Shown: in pieces, positions 33,863 through 48,200 of the stretch
Layout: each line of letters opens with the position of its first letter
Numbering within the stretch: position 1 is the first letter of the stretch
Assembly: GCA_037447605.1 (NCBI GenBank)
Contig: CM074808.1
Location: 2,666,001 to 2,730,000 of the forward strand
Origin: Zygnema circumcarinatum SAG 698-1b
Taxonomy: Eukaryota; Plantae; Zygnematophyceae
Length of the DNA: 64,000 nt
Direction of reading: 5' to 3'
Program-made: the position numbers and the translations under genes
The notes under the pieces: generated by a model
What the model saw: only the letters and a program-made list of their open reading frames with translations
Told to the model about the DNA's origin: nothing
Database searches by the model: none

Positions 33863-35341
33863 CTAGTGCTCAATCCCATTCACAAACCTCCCCGCAGGAG
33901 AGATAGTTTTTGTCCCTGTTACTAAATGTAAACATAGGGCAAGGCAAACTGATGCTGTGGTCAGAGCTTTTGCAGCAACAGCTCTGAAGGGGCCAAGGGG
34001 TCTTGCAGGTCCAGAAACCCCTCTCGAATATCCAGCTTCTCCCAAAGACTTTGTCGTGCATGCTGAGCGCAACATGTCCAGAAAGACTGCGGTAAACGAT
34101 CGAACTCCATGGGCTGACATAACTCCAGCAACTTCCAACACAAGTTGCCGAGTTTCCGGAACGGTCAACAATTTGCCAACCTCGTCCTGCCACATCGTCG
34201 TGCTCGTAGAACCCTTCACCAGGGCACTCCCCTGCTCTGCCCTATTTTTTTTTTCTTGGCCTAAAGATGTCAACAACATAGTATGAGAGGAAGAAGATTC
34301 ACTGGAAGAAAATGCCTCCTGAGAAGTGGAGCTGCTGCTCTCGTCATGTGTAGGTCCCTTTTCTCGCTCCGCTGTTAAAACATCATGAGATGTTCGTACC
34401 AATGATTCCACCGAATGACTGCAAATGGTCTTCAAAATCTCTGTCACAGGTTCCTTATACTCTTCCTTTGTCACAACAGACAACATATCTTCATACATGT
34501 TCATGTCACTAGTTTTATCCAAATATACGCTCACTGCACTGATGGCGAATGTGCTGACAATATTGGAGACGATATCCTTCCCTTTAGCTGAAGACGCGAC
34601 CCGCAACCATGGCTGCAGCCAATCTTCGAGCTCAGGTCCTCCACGAGCTGCTGAAACCCTGGGAAAGGACGCGCTTGGAAGAGCACTTTCTATTGTTGTG
34701 CCCCGTAGCCTGGTACCTATCCTTGCGGCTCTTCCGGGCTGAGATGCTTGTTCAAAATAAGAGTGCACAAGTGTACGAACAGCTTTACCAACCACTGCAG
34801 AAGCAAAACTTTTCCCAGGCTCTGAAAATAGTTTATCCAGCAGGCGCTCAGGCAAAGTATCCTGAGTAATTCCTCCTTCTAGAACGCTTAGTCGCCTATC
34901 AACTGCTTCGGACTTTGCTATCGCTGCACTGGCAGCACTCTCTTGAGGAGCTGCTCCTCCAACAAATGCTGCATGCAAGTCAGGTGCAGTTGCGCAAATT
35001 CCTTTCAAGGTGCCTTGTGTGACTGCTGCTGAGAACCGTGTGACTGCCACTTGGAAGTCAGCACATCGCGACAACTTCATAACCTGTCGCAGGCTTTGCG
35101 GCACCTCGTCCGAGTCAGAAAGAAGGAAATCATGCAAGTCCCTCGCAACTGTTGCCGAAATCTCACTGCCGGAATATAACGTCTCTGCAAGCGCTGAGAC
35201 GGACCCGAAAAGCTTCTCCAACTTCTTCCGCCTCTCCGCAAAGTATTCTGACTTATACAATATATATCCTGCACAGCAGCCTCCGCCTGCGAGCATCGCT
35301 GCAGTGAGCCAGAACCTCTTCCTGCTTCTGGAAGCCGCCAT
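33863..35341 (-). CDS. PP2A10: PHLOEM PROTEIN 2-LIKE A10 family protein, intronless
   Basis: N-terminal SRKRFWL-hydrophobic-GY..Y, RKKLEKLFGSVSALAE and DLHDFLLSDSDEVPQSLRQ..KLSR, then LLDKLFSEPGKSFASAVVG and YLDKT..MNMYEDM motifs. Confidence 0.88.
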   Translation of the reverse strand: MAASRSRKRFWLTAAMLAGGGCCAGYILYKSEYFAERRKKLEKLFGSVSALAETLYSGSEISATVARDLHDFLLSDSDEVPQSLRQVMKLSRCADFQVAVTRFSAAVTQGTLKGICATAPDLHAAFVGGAAPQESAASAAIAKSEAVDRRLSVLEGGITQDTLPERLLDKLFSEPGKSFASAVVGKAVRTLVHSYFEQASQPGRAARIGTRLRGTTIESALPSASFPRVSAARGGPELEDWLQPWLRVASSAKGKDIVSNIVSTFAISAVSVYLDKTSDMNMYEDMLSVVTKEEYKEPVTEILKTICSHSVESLVRTSHDVLTAEREKGPTHDESSSSTSQEAFSSSESSSSHTMLLTSLGQEKKNRAEQGSALVKGSTSTTMWQDEVGKLLTVPETRQLVLEVAGVMSAHGVRSFTAVFLDMLRSACTTKSLGEAGYSRGVSGPARPLGPFRAVAAKALTTASVCLALCLHLVTGTKTISPAGRFVNGIEH

Positions 35342-36060
35342 GCTGGCTCCAAGGCCTGCCTGCCGCAGCAGCAATTTGCCTTGTCTCTCCCTCCCCCTTT
35401 ACCTTCCCCCCAGAAGAACTTGAAAAGGATAAGATACTCAAATAGTGTATATGGGCACTTCACTGTGGCCGCCCCGCCAAAAGCTCAGCCTCAAGCATCG
35501 GCCTCTAGAATTAGGGCAAACCTCAACTGAGCTTTGTCTCGCCTGGACCAATCATAGCTAACCACGTCAGCAGATATGTCCACGTGGTATCCCCCGACTG
35601 GCTGCACAGTGGTATTTTTGTGAAAGGCGAGGCGAGGCGGGCCGTACACCCACCAGCGCCCCTCCCGATAAATGCCACGCGCCGCCACGTGGAAAAACAT
35701 TGAAAACTCGACGGGCAGCGGAAAATTGCATTCTAAAAAGCGACATTGGCTTCCCAAAATATATGATCGACCAATGAGCGTCGTTTACCCCATTTTCGAG
35801 GAGGACCACAAATAATTCCAAGAGGCGCCTCAGTTACATGCAGGGATGTCCTGTCGCTGGCTACAGGTTTCATTTTCATGCACATGTAGATCCGTTCGGC
35901 GCGTGAAGGGTGAATGTTCTATGGAGGACGGTCGCGGCAGGAGGAGGCCAGCAGGGGCATTGGTAGCCAGCAGCAGCAAGACGACGCTTGCGGCCTTTCT
36001 TCCGGGAGCTTCCCTGCCTGCGCTGCTCTGCTCTGCCGGCAACCGTCTGCAAGACCGGCC

Positions 36061-39000
36061 ATGGAGGGAGCAGGAGGTGCCGAGACGAGCTCAGATGTAG
36101 AGGAGCGCAGTCTGGTATCCCTTAAAGTGAAAACGCTCGACTCGCGCACCTACACCGTTCTTGTACCCAAGGATGTGAGCCAACTGTCACCCTGCACTTT
36201 GATTGATGTTCACTGTACTGAGAAGGGAGATTTGAAGAGTAGAAACGGTCATAAATTGCTCGCACAACATGCTTGAATTTTTTGTTTGTGAGGTATGTGG
36301 TTCACTGACCATATTCTCAGTGGGAAGGGTTACTTATCAAGTTAGCGGCAATGGACGCCTGCATGTTAGCAGATATCTGTGCCACTCTTGAAGGAACGTA
36401 TCGCGCTCGACACAAATGTGCCTCCTGAGTTGCAGCGACTGATTTGTAGAGGGAAGGTTTTAAAGGATGATCAGCGTTTGTCTGAATACAGTATCCATTC
36501 AGAATTCTTTCAAGTTACTTTCTGATACGCTGATTGTATATTGCAAACAACTTTTATGCACTTCACCTAGAGAACACCTCTTGATTGGGAGGCGTGCCCT
36601 CCGTGAATGTGCTTGCCCGAACAAGAATTCCTTAACCTTCTTGATTCAAGATGTGGAAGATGGCCATGTTCTGCACATGGTTGCACGTCTGGCCGTTCCG
36701 GCCATGGACCCGGCGCAAATATCAGAAAGGCCTATCGATTCCAACACTGCTCCTAGTCAAGGTTCGCACATCTAACATCTATGACCTTTTTGCGGGTTCT
36801 ATAAGGTCACCGCGTTTATGTCGCCATTCATCTGGTTGCCATACCAGCATTGCTAAGGGAATCTCGTTTCTCTTTTTTTTTTTTTTTTTTTCTTTAGAAT
36901 TGTTGACATGATGCCCTTGCTGTTTCATACGTCTCCGTATGCCATTGAAATGTGTGCTATTTCTCAACTAAACTTATTTTGGACTCAGGAGCACCTCTGC
37001 TGGCATCAATTCCGGGTGTCACCATGCGGTCCCTGTCAGTTCCTGTGGATGCAGCAGGATTACCTGACATTAACAGGGTATGGCGTTTAAAACTCATCTT
37101 TTTTTTTTGTTAAGTTGTTTTCAATTTTTTTATTTTGACCATGCCTTTGTTTATGTATCTAGCTTTTCGAACAGTGAGATTGAAGGACTTTTGCGCTTGT
37201 CATTTAAACTATAATTGCTAAGGGCCATGAATGCTTGAATTTCCTGTTAGCATGGCGTTCGAGCAGTTGCTGAATGTAATCATGTAATTAACATTACATT
37301 ATTTTGATACTCCCTGGTACAATGTTTTTGGCACGGCAGATGATTGCAACAATTCTCAACAGTTTCAATACCGCAACTATGGCTGCAAGTGAAGGGGTAA
37401 TGCGCTAGTTTACCTTGGGCGCCCAAAACGTTGGAACCATTTCATTAAGTGTAGGACACGCATGCTTGGATGATTCGTGCATTGCTGTATAATGTTCAAT
37501 GTGTAACTGTACGATGTTGTGTTTTAGTCTGCTTGAGTTATCCACTCCTTCTTGTAATTTTGTTCCAGTCTTGTGTTATTCAGGTATAGCTGTTGTTCTT
37601 CATTGACCATTTAAAGGTCTCACTGGTTGTTCCGCCATTTGACTGATCTCAGATTGGCGCTGAACCTGCGGGCAATCGTGAAGCCAATGGACAAGTTGGA
37701 GTTCAAGGCCAAGTAAACACTCCACAAGGAGTAGAGTTACGCATAGATACCGTCTATGGCCTGCCTTCTGGCCTGCATGTGATGCATGGCCCCCCTTTCA
37801 GCTTGTTAGGCATGGGAGGTCCGCCTGCTGGCCAGGTGAGTGACGACTGTCAGTGGTAAGAGAAGTGGTTTTGAAACAACAATGTATGATATCCTTTGCG
37901 ATAGGTTATCGTCCACCATTTTCCGGCAATCCAGATTGCAGATGTGTTCTTTGGTAGAATATGCGCTGATTTCATTGGTGAAAATTAATCTTGGAAACTC
38001 TAGAAGGCCATGAGTATGACCTATTGTGCTTTGGTTGTGAGGCAGTCAGTGCCACCTGCTTTTCTAGCTTCGTTTGTATCATTGTTTTCTTGATAGAACA
38101 GCGTTTTCTTACATAAATGAGAGAAGTTGACAGGTTTACATGTCTATCATTTTTATGCAGGCTGATTCCATGGCCATCATGGGACAGTACTTGGATCGTT
38201 TTCAGGCAGCAATGCAGCACTCTGTGGACGTGTCTAGTGGAGCTGTACAGAGTGGTGGTGGAGAACATATGGATACTGGCGTGGGTGACTCGAACACTCC
38301 ACCAGCAAGGCCGGTGACAGGAAGCACAGAACATTCACAGTCTGCACCTGCAGCAGATTCGACATCAAGCCCAGGACTAGCTTCTGATGAACCCATTCCT
38401 TCCAGAAGGTCTGGTACTGCTGCGGGCAATGTTCGACCTGCTGAACTGGTGCCGTTGCTGCAAAGGGTGGAAGGTCTGCTGCAGGACCAAGTGTCTGACC
38501 ACTTATCGGTAGGTGAAATCTTGACAAGGACTGGTTTCTTAACGTGCATGAGGATGTTCCTGTGCTGTATGTGTTGGTGTGCAGTAGTATTTTGACGTTT
38601 CAGAGGCGGATACGTCTGCACCTCTAAGTCAGCACAACCTTTTATCTTGCATCCTAAGTCTGAATCCGCCATTGAATCTCAGCAGCCACCTATTACTTGG
38701 GAGTCCATGTGGAATTTTATGGCTGGCGGAATTACGGAACAGCGAAACAGATTCTTGAGTGCAGCTTGGTACTCTTAATTTCATACTTAACCTGAAGTGG
38801 TATGCTCTAACCAGTGTCTACTATATGAGCACTGTCAATTCATTTCCAGACTAGTTTGGGAACCGAGCTGAACATTCTGACTGAAACTTAATCGTGAAAC
38901 ATGGATATACAAATGTTTGAAAAGCCGGATACTGGGTGTAGTTGCCGTTGTGTAGCGGGTCGTCTTGTTTCCTGGCTATTTTAAAGACGTATTATTCTGA

Positions 39001-42000
39001 TGCTTGAGGCCTGCATAAACTGCACAACTCCGCATGTTTTCCGTAGTTTGAAAGGACTTTTTCTTTCGTAGGTGGACTGGCTTGATTCAACTTTGTGAAT
39101 TTGTTAGTTTAGGTGTATGATACTAAGGTTGTTGTGTGCGCTTTGGAATGTACAGCTGACTTGTGTCACTTTGAGGTGAGCAGGTTATATCTCGAGAACT
39201 CGAAAGGGAACAAACTGTCACAGACGCTGCAGAACGTGCTGCCTTACAGAGGGTTATTCAACAGGGAGGATATCATCTACAGCAACTTGGGTCATTGCTT
39301 CAGGAGATGGGTCGAGCATGCTTTGCTGTTCGTCTGGGAAGCACTCCAGTATGCTCTATTTTATCCTTGACTCATCTTTAGGGTGCTTGAGGGCCATCTT
39401 CATATTTCGCTAAATTTAATGTTCGATACATGAATTGAGTACGAATTGAACTCCGAAGGCTGTACACTTTCTGTAAGTGTAACGCAAAATGTGTGCGCGT
39501 TGATCCGTTTACGAGTCAGGTTCAATATGGATTATGTATGAGAAACATATTCCCATAGGATGCAACACTCTTAAGCCAGCACTTGAAACTGTGATGGGAT
39601 TTGATGCTGATTGTTATTTAAATGTTTGTATTTTTTTTTTTGGTAGAAGGAGAAGTTAAAGAGGTGAATTGACACAGCATGTACTGCACTAATTTTCATT
39701 GAGTATCGGTTGCAGGGAGACTCACGCATGCGTTTGGGCTCTTCTGTATTTATCAATCACTTTGGTCCTAATCCTATGATCATCCAGGTAGGATGCTATC
39801 TTTTAGATTCTAAGTACTGCTGTAGTTAGAATTTTAATTTTGCTAGTAAGTTGAGGACTACGTGATATCTGCTTTGACGAGAGACTTACGACATGCTCTG
39901 TAATGTGCAGCCAAGGCGAAATGGCGGAGCGCCTCAGGGTGTTGCTGCGGTGTCTGTCACCCCTCCTAATGTAGGGCCTGGACCTGAGCCTCGGGAAGCA
40001 CCTTCCTCCACACCTTCACCAGCAGCACAGGCTGCTGGGCCAGCAATGCCAATGGCGGCACCAGTACCTCCCCCCATGGCAGTATCAGAGACAGGGCCAT
40101 CGAATAGGTCTGTAGCTGCAGTCATTGTGGGTATGGAACAGGCTGGAAGCATCCCTTTGACAGCAAATGGAGGTCCAGTGGGGTTTGGAGGTGGAACAAG
40201 TTTGCAAATTAGTGGGTTAAGCCAGTCTCCTTCGGGCCATGTTAATGGGGGTGGAGAGGCACAGGCCTCGACAAGGACAGCACAGTTGGGAGCAACTTGG
40301 GCCTCTGATCCCAGGGGTGGGGTTGACGTTGCCCAAACACCAGGACAATTTGGGCATGCTATTTTTGGTCCTGCAGTCGCTCAATTACAAGTGCAAATTG
40401 GAAATCTACCAGCGCATGTGATAGGACTGGGAGGGCAAGGGTCGCCCTCGGTTATGACATTTCGTCCTCCATCCCTCGCACCACAGAGGGACCTTAATAA
40501 TGGGAATCGAGATGGGCAAGATAATCATCAGCGATTTCAGCGGGGAGGCGGAGGGGCAACTACCGCTCCTGTGTCTTCAGCAACACCTGGAGCAGCCACG
40601 CCGTCTGAACTTGGCAGAGAAGAATCTCGTGCTTCGTCAAGTCACCAGAGGGGGGAGGGGGGTACGTCCATCCAAACGGACTTAGCACAATTCTTGAGCC
40701 CTCTTCTTCGACAGCTTGCTGGAGCTCTCAATCGTGTGCCGGAAAGTTCTCCCCCCCCATTTCCACAAGCTCCTCCTGCTGCTCCTCCGCCTCCATCGCA
40801 GGTAAACCTTAAGATGAAACACAGACCTATGTGTTGATCTACATCACAGATGTTAGATGTTGTTGCTTTAGGCTCTAGCGTCTCATCAGGCATGTTGTAT
40901 AGCGCAGGATGGTGTACCATGTTGCCATGAACACACCAGTCATACACAATTGTGTACGTAGCACACCTATCTTTTATGGACAACTAGCGGACTGACAGCA
41001 TTTTCTGCAGTCTGGTTTGGCCTTTTTCTCTATTTATCCTTTTTGAGGGGAGAATGTTTTATTATGAGTGTTTTGGCCATGGTTGGCTGTATCAAGATTT
41101 TCTTCGGTCGTGATCAGAAAGGAAACCGACGTTGTCTTTAGCTCTTCATCTCACATGTGTTTCACAGCTTCTTTTTTTGTGCATCTGTTACTTTAGTTAC
41201 CTCCTTTCAGACATTAGCATAATGCTCCAAAGGTAGGTAGCGTTAAAGCATGACTAGCATTATCTGCTGTAGTATTTAATGGGTCTGAGTGCTGTCTGCA
41301 CTTGCAGGTCTCTGAGGGAAGAGCATCAGAAACTACTGCTTCCATAGAACCACCATCTACTTCCACCCAAGAGATCCCCGCAGCGGAAACTCAGATTGCT
41401 CAAAGTGAAACGAAAGCTGAAACTGTACAAAATGTACCTGACATAGCATCAGTTGGAGAACAGGCGGATCCTAGCGGAGAGAGCCCACTTGGGACCCAGC
41501 AGGCTGCTGAAGCAGGGCGTGGCAGTTCTGAGCAAGCAGGGCCACTTGGCCTTGTTCTTGGAGGCCTTCAGCCGTTACCTCGTGTAAGTGTCTGAAAGTT
41601 GCAGAACTTGTTTTTTGAGTGTCAATTTGCTGGTAGTTTCGTTATCGTGGACTTGCTGAAGACATTTTAGTTGGCATTCCTTATTGCTCTGCACTGTAGT
41701 TGGGTCTTGAAAGGGGCCATTTACGTTTCTGAGTGTACTGCCTCCACTTTAAACAGTTGCATTTTATTCTGAATTCTGAATTGTTGAGGGTTTATCAGAT
41801 TTATAAGGATGACATTGAAGTAACTTAATCTTTCATTTCACAGCCTCGGAGGAGGACAACTGCACGCCCACCGCCTAAACAGCCACCTTCCAGAGGAGAT
41901 GCTGGGGAATCGTCATCTTCTACATCAGCCTTTCAAACTCGGAATCCGGGTGCACCCACATCGCAAAGCATGCCCACCGCAGGAGACCGCCCAATCCGGG

Positions 42001-44087
42001 TTACTCCACCTGGAGGCGGTTCACCCCTTGATCAGCTTTTTGGGCAAATGATGAGCATGCAGCCAGAAGGGTCTAGGCAAAGAAGTGGAGCAAATGATTC
42101 TTTGGGTAACATAATGCAGATGCTGGGAAGTGGAACCGGAAGAAATGAATCCCGAGGCGCAGGACAGGACCCAATTGCGGGGATGTTGCAGACTTTCAGT
42201 GGGGAAGGAGGAGGGATCCCGGGAGGCCTGGGGGACATTGTAAATCAAATGATGCGCAATCCAGCAGTCAACAGTATGGCGCAGCAAATGGCTGAAAGGA
42301 TGGGTGATCAGCAACCGACTCTCAACAATGTTATGGCCGCAGTTTCTGGGAGAGGGGGTGCAGGGGAGGGGGTCGATTTTGGCGGCATGATGGCCCAGAT
42401 GATGCCAATGGTATCACAATTGATGGGGGACATTAGGAGAAGCCCGTTAGGACCTGGAGGGATACAAAGAGGGAGAGCGTCAGGCGCATCTCTAAGCACA
42501 GAGGAGGGTGAAGACTGGAAGCAAGCGCTCACTCCGGTGAGGGGGGGCGTGGGCAGTAAACTATCTAGTCTGTGCTGAACGTGTTTGTTGAAACTTCCGT
42601 GCAACTGAGTAACTTCCGTATAAATATGTTATCTGATAAAATTTGTTAAATTGCTGTATCATTTGTCATGTTTGCGGTGATAGATTGAGTTTTTGAGTTC
42701 CGAGCTTATGTGGGGTATTTCAGTGTCCAGGATTATTGCAGGCTGCCAGGGTAGGATATTTGCTGATTTATTCAGTCTTTACTTATGGATGCAATCGGTG
42801 CTGCAGGAGGAATTGGAGTTGTGGAGTGTCCAGATAGCAGAAGATGAGCAGGAGCAGGCAGCTATGGAACCACAACGACCATTGAGTGACGCGTACCTTT
42901 CTAGCTCTCCTGCCAAGCGGCGTAAGGTGTGTGAGCATTTGTCTTCACGTATGATTGCTTCATGCGCTTTTGCGTCAGAGTCCTCACAAAACTAGGAAAA
43001 AAGTCGCGTAAATACCACCTCATTGCCTGAGTAAATAGAGAATGAGATGAGTTTATCTGTCGTTGTTTATTGTTTTCTCAATACTTCATGTCTGCAATAT
43101 AAATCAATATGTGTGAACAGCAGGAGCTCAAAGTATACACCATCCTTGCATGGTCAAGGCAAAGTGACTGTGAATCTTAGGGGTGGCGACTTCTGTCCAT
43201 GATAGGCAGCTGTAATGTCATTTTGTTACAACTTGAAGCTTCTAACATGTAGGGAGCTGTTTGTCTGCTGTCAGATGGCTATGGATGGAACGTCTGAAAA
43301 GCTGCAAGGAGGAGCCGGTCCACAAGAAGTGCTTAGAAGCATAGCCGAAGTGGCCATTGAGCGCATGGAGGACAGGGAAGAGGTTAGCGGGGGAAGAGCA
43401 TGCGACGGGAGCGAGCTGATTGACCATATCGCATCAACGCAAGGCCTGGCCGAGGTAAATGTCCAACTCATGACTACTATTCATTGTCTGAGAACTTTGC
43501 ATGATGGTGAATCCACTCACTTGCTGGAATAGTTTTGTATAATGAGGTGTGGTGACGGCTGAGTTTTGTGTGGTTCTTGTTTTAAGCTCCGTATGATCGT
43601 CTCTAAAAATCGAGGGTCATTAGTGTCGACCTTGCTCAGCTACAGAGGGGAGAATGGCTTTGTTTATGACGGGTCTGGATGGGTCACTGACTTCTGAGGA
43701 GAACGTCGTTATTGTATCCTAGTGGTTATCAGAGCCAAATGCTGGATGCTTACAACAGGAGTAGAGATACAGGCGTCCAAACTCTCCCGTCTTTGTGTGG
43801 GGATGCTTCTATGCAGTCACTCTCCGTACGCATGTTCATGCTGTATGCATGTGCATGCTGTATGCCTGCCAATGATGTATGCATGTGCATGCTGCATGCT
43901 GCATGCATGGTGATGATATGGAGGAGTCCCGTTTGATGGAGGGGCATGGCAGGCGTATGTTGGTGTGCTGTGGCATGATCTGGCGGCGCGCATGGCAGCA
44001 GACTCTGACGCCAGCGAGGGGGAGCGCTTCCAAGGGCTCCGCGCCCTCCTCTCGGCGCCGCACCTGGAGTCAAATGGAGCACCCTGA
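36061..44087 (+). CDS. BAG6: BAG6/Scythe-like large proline-rich protein with an N-terminal ubiquitin-like domain, multi-exon
   Basis: UBL domain (LKVKTLDSRTY...LQRLICRGKVLKDDQRLSEYNVEDGHVLHMVAR), conserved LEREQTVTD...LGSLLQEMGR, GPNPMIIQ, C-terminal RPLSDAYLSSSPAKRRK, and a final exon DLAARMAADSD..ERF. Confidence 0.85.
36491..36650 (+). other. U12-type (minor spliceosome) GT-AG intron in the UBL domain
   Basis: Donor GTATCCAT, perfect branch site TTCCTTAAC at 36628-36636 ending 12 nt before the AG, and no polypyrimidine tract. Splicing restores SEYNVED. Confidence 0.75.
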
Positions 44088-45244
44088 GGAGCCCAATGGA
44101 GCGCCCTGAGCTCGAGAATTGGAGCGAGGAGGGAACAAGCTGGCCCCGCAGCTCAAGTTCAAGACCAGCATACAATGGGTATCGGATTTCCGTTCACTCT
44201 TTTGCTAGTTTTCTGTTTCTTGACACAGAAGTGTCTTAAGCCGCAGATTGATTCTCTGCGAATACTGGTTGCGAATGTTTTCATATTTTCCTCTAATTGG
44301 AGGAGGCTCTGTCCTCATTTTGCCTGTTCTTGGAACGTGCTTGGAACGTGCTTGGAACACGCTGGTTGAAACAATGAAAATGGGAAGCAACCACTTTCTA
44401 TAACGGTGGTTCATGTGCAACGCTCACGGTTAGAGGATCAAACGAGTCGATCAGTTTTCCAAAAGAAGTGGAAAAAAAAAAAAAAAAAAATTATTGAAGC
44501 CTTATTTGCCAGAGTCAGATTTGCAGTCACCTGCAGCTTTACTATGGTCAAGAAATATTAAGGAGGTAAGGATTGACGATCGTCGTAACGTGTTGTGGCG
44601 TACCATTCGAGTACAAAATGCAGTCTCTCTCTCTCGCTGTCTCTCCTTTTGTCTCTCCTTTTCTCGTGTGCTAGATAATCGAGGTTCAGACTTAGAAGAG
44701 ATCAATCGAGTCAAAATCGCTACCGTAACCCGCTGGGCAAATTTCATCGTCTCGATGGTGCATAATGCTTCCAACGGAATTCAGTGGGATTTCATAGTTG
44801 TTCAAGTTTTTGTTCAGATTTTGTAATTTCATTCCTTACAGACGACAGTTATTGGGCAAGCAAATGGACGGTAATATCCCTTTTGTTGGTATGGGCACTT
44901 CCACACCGTGTGCCGCTATTAACTATTACTACTACTCTAGCTACCGGCTGCCTCTTCCCAATGCAGTTTCAGATCCATACTTAAGTTTATTTTGAAGTTC
45001 ATTTAGTCAGCCAATGTGGACTTAAGCCCAATTCAAATGCGACGATGCAGTCGATCATACGACAAATACAAGGCCTTAGAGAAGCCATTCCTCAGTTACT
45101 AGAAATTGGAATAGCCATGTCGAGGCTCCCAAAGCAGTATTAACAAACCTTACAAAGGAGTAAAATACAGAAAGCTCAACCAAAAACAAGCGGCTGATTT
45201 GGGAAAGAGCTTGGGAAGGGAACAGCGATGTTCCGTATGCAAAA

Positions 45245-48200
45245 TCAGACAGTCACCTCCTCTTCCAGTCTCTGAATTTCCTCGTGATTGTCAGAGGCGG
45301 CCAATGGGAAGACAGATGCTCTCGCGAATTGTGACGGCTCTCCTGCCTCCAGTCTCGGTCTGGCCTCCTTCCGCCGCTGCACCTCCAAGTAAATGAGAAG
45401 AGCAGTGATGTCCGCCGGGTTGACTCCTCCCACACGTGACGCCTGGCCGATGTTTATTGGCCGAATCTGTCCAAGGGCGGAGGACGGGGAAGGACCATTT
45501 AGAATGTGAAAAAGGGGGACAGAAAGACTACTCTCACGAAATTAGGCGGACTACATAACCTTACCGACGTACAAATTGGGTTTTACAACCCTAAATTTTA
45601 TCCACTCTTTCTGTCTCTCTCTCCTCCCCCCTTCCCAGGTATAAGGATCGCTTTCTCTTTCAGGAAAGCAGACATTCACGAATGTAAGGTGGAGAAGAAT
45701 ACTCGTGATAATTTCTCTCGAGCTTCCATAGAAAGAGTGGAAATTGAATAGTAGTCGAGATCTGGTGGGAGAGTCTTGTGATGTTTCTGTGCAGTCTGTG
45801 GAAGCCATGATCGATTAGCAGGATCAGCACAAGACTCCACGAACAATGATAGGCACATATAAACACATTCCTGAATCGCGGAGGATATACTTGAAAGCAT
45901 GCCTTCGGTCAAAACTTGCAGGAAAAAAGGCCGATTCTGTCCTGAGAACCATATTGCATGTTGAGGATAATAAGTATGGGACCTACCTGCTGAAGCTGTT
46001 GCTGTTGGCGCATAACAAAGCCTGCATACTTTATGTCGATCTCAACGCACTCTTTCTCCACTGATGACAGTGTATCATTACCCAATTCATAACGCTCCAA
46101 TATATCGTAATGTACATGCGGACGACGCAAAATGTTTTCTAACGTGGTCGAAACTTTCAGAGCCTGACCGGATACTTCCGTGATCTCGACTCCAGCAGGG
46201 TGATTCACTGCCCACTCAGAGAATGACGGCTGTAAGTTCACGTCCGAGCGTTTGTGTTTGAATAAGTGCTGATTGATTGACCCTACCGTTCAAGTTCCAA
46301 CAGCAACTCTCTTTATCCCTGACCCTTTCCACAGACTGTTCCTTTCCAGCTAAAACTTAGAATGCCAATGGCAGCTCCCTCCCTATATGTCCTCACCGTC
46401 TATTCGAGACACTTGCAGGCGCTGCTTCTCTCGCGATATCCGCTGCTGTTTTGCTTCAAACGCTTGCCATCTCCTGTCGCTGATGAGACCCCACTCTTTG
46501 CCAAGAGGGGTCAGCCGGCTGTCAGCATTGTCTGCTCGCAAAAGGAGTCGATATTCTGACCGGCTGTTTCCCAAAGGCACACCCAAGATCAGAGCAGCAG
46601 CTAGGCAACGTTAGAAAAATAAACAGAGGAGTAGAGGAAATGGATGCCCTGTCATAGCGACTGTTCTCATTGTACATACACATTCTCTACCATACGCCCT
46701 ATATCGCCCTGTATTCTCATCGTTTAAATTCTATTCGGTTGACAGTATGTTCATATTTTCTCTGCAATGGCGTCCTCCACTTCGACTGCATCGAACTAGC
46801 ATGGAATCAAGTCTAACAAATTAGGTCACTTGACAACTTGAGAACCGGCTCACAGACCAACACAGCCGGAAAATCTCGCCTGTTATCAAATGCTGTGAGA
46901 AAGAAATTACCTTGTGAGCATGCGGTAAGGTTCTCGGAGGTCTTTGGTGACAAGATCATCAATTAGGGTTCCAATGAAGCTGCTTTCTCTCTCAAGCACA
47001 ACGAGTGGCTTTCCAGCTGCCAGCCGTGCCGCATTCAGTCCAGCAACCAGACCCTGTAACCACAACAGAAAACATTTTCAAAAACAAAATCTTTCTCCAC
47101 TCGAAGATCAGTAAAAAAAAAACGAAGCCATTCTAAATAGTCCAACTGAAATCGACATCCACATCATTCTCCCTAGAAAGGCATCCCAATCTTAGCAATC
47201 TCAATGCCCTTCCTGACTCTCCACAAGACGCAGTTCCACCATCACCTCTAGGACGCATCAGATGCTTGGATGTAAACAAAACCCCATGTTTTGAATGCTG
47301 TACCTGCGCTGCTGCCTCCTCATAGCCGGTTGTCCCGTTGATCTGCCCGGAGAAAAAAAGACCCTCCACTCTTTTGGTCATGAGGGTCCGTTCACACTGG
47401 TGTGCTGGCAGATAGTCGTATTCAACAGCATATGCAGGTCTCAACATGGCGCACTTTTCCAGCCCTGGGAGTGTTCTCAACAGTGCAAGCTGTATTTTTT
47501 CAGGCAGTCCCGTGGAGAAGCCTTGCACGTAAATTTCAGGTACAGTTCGTCCCTCAGGTTCAAGAAAAACCTGGTGGGACTCCTTGTCCTTAAACCGTAC
47601 AATCTACAAAGAACATCACATGAGACCCGGAAGGATAAGAAACTCAGCTGGAAATAGGGAACTCCAACAAATGATCGTAGAGCAAAGGTAAAAATAGGCG
47701 AAAAAAGGGAAAAACAAGAACAAGACGAAGGGCACAAATTAAGGGAGTTTGCACCAACTAATGTTTTGAATCCCACAACCCCAACCTACCACAGTACACT
47801 TCCATGACAGAAAGATGGGTAGTTAGGTTCTAAATCCCCTGTAACCTACCGCAGAGCATGCACATACCTTATCTTCTATCGAAGGGCAGTAACGCGGACC
47901 CTTGCTGGCAGCCCACCCTCCATATGTGGGGGTCTCATGGAGACTTTCTGTAATTATACGATGCGTCTCCGAAGTAGTTCTTGTCAAGTAGCAACTCATT
48001 TGCTCCCTCTCCACGTGTGCCTCCTCATCAAAACTGAACCATCGCACCTGCCTTCGGCCGGCCCCATTTTGCGCCTATCAGCCTCAGCAGCAGCAGCAGC
48101 ACCATTTGAAGCATATCAAGCAAGCATGCTCTTACTAATGGCAGCGTCTAAGTCGGCCATATCTTATGTCTTCTTGAGCTGTAGATACATCAGTCCTTAG

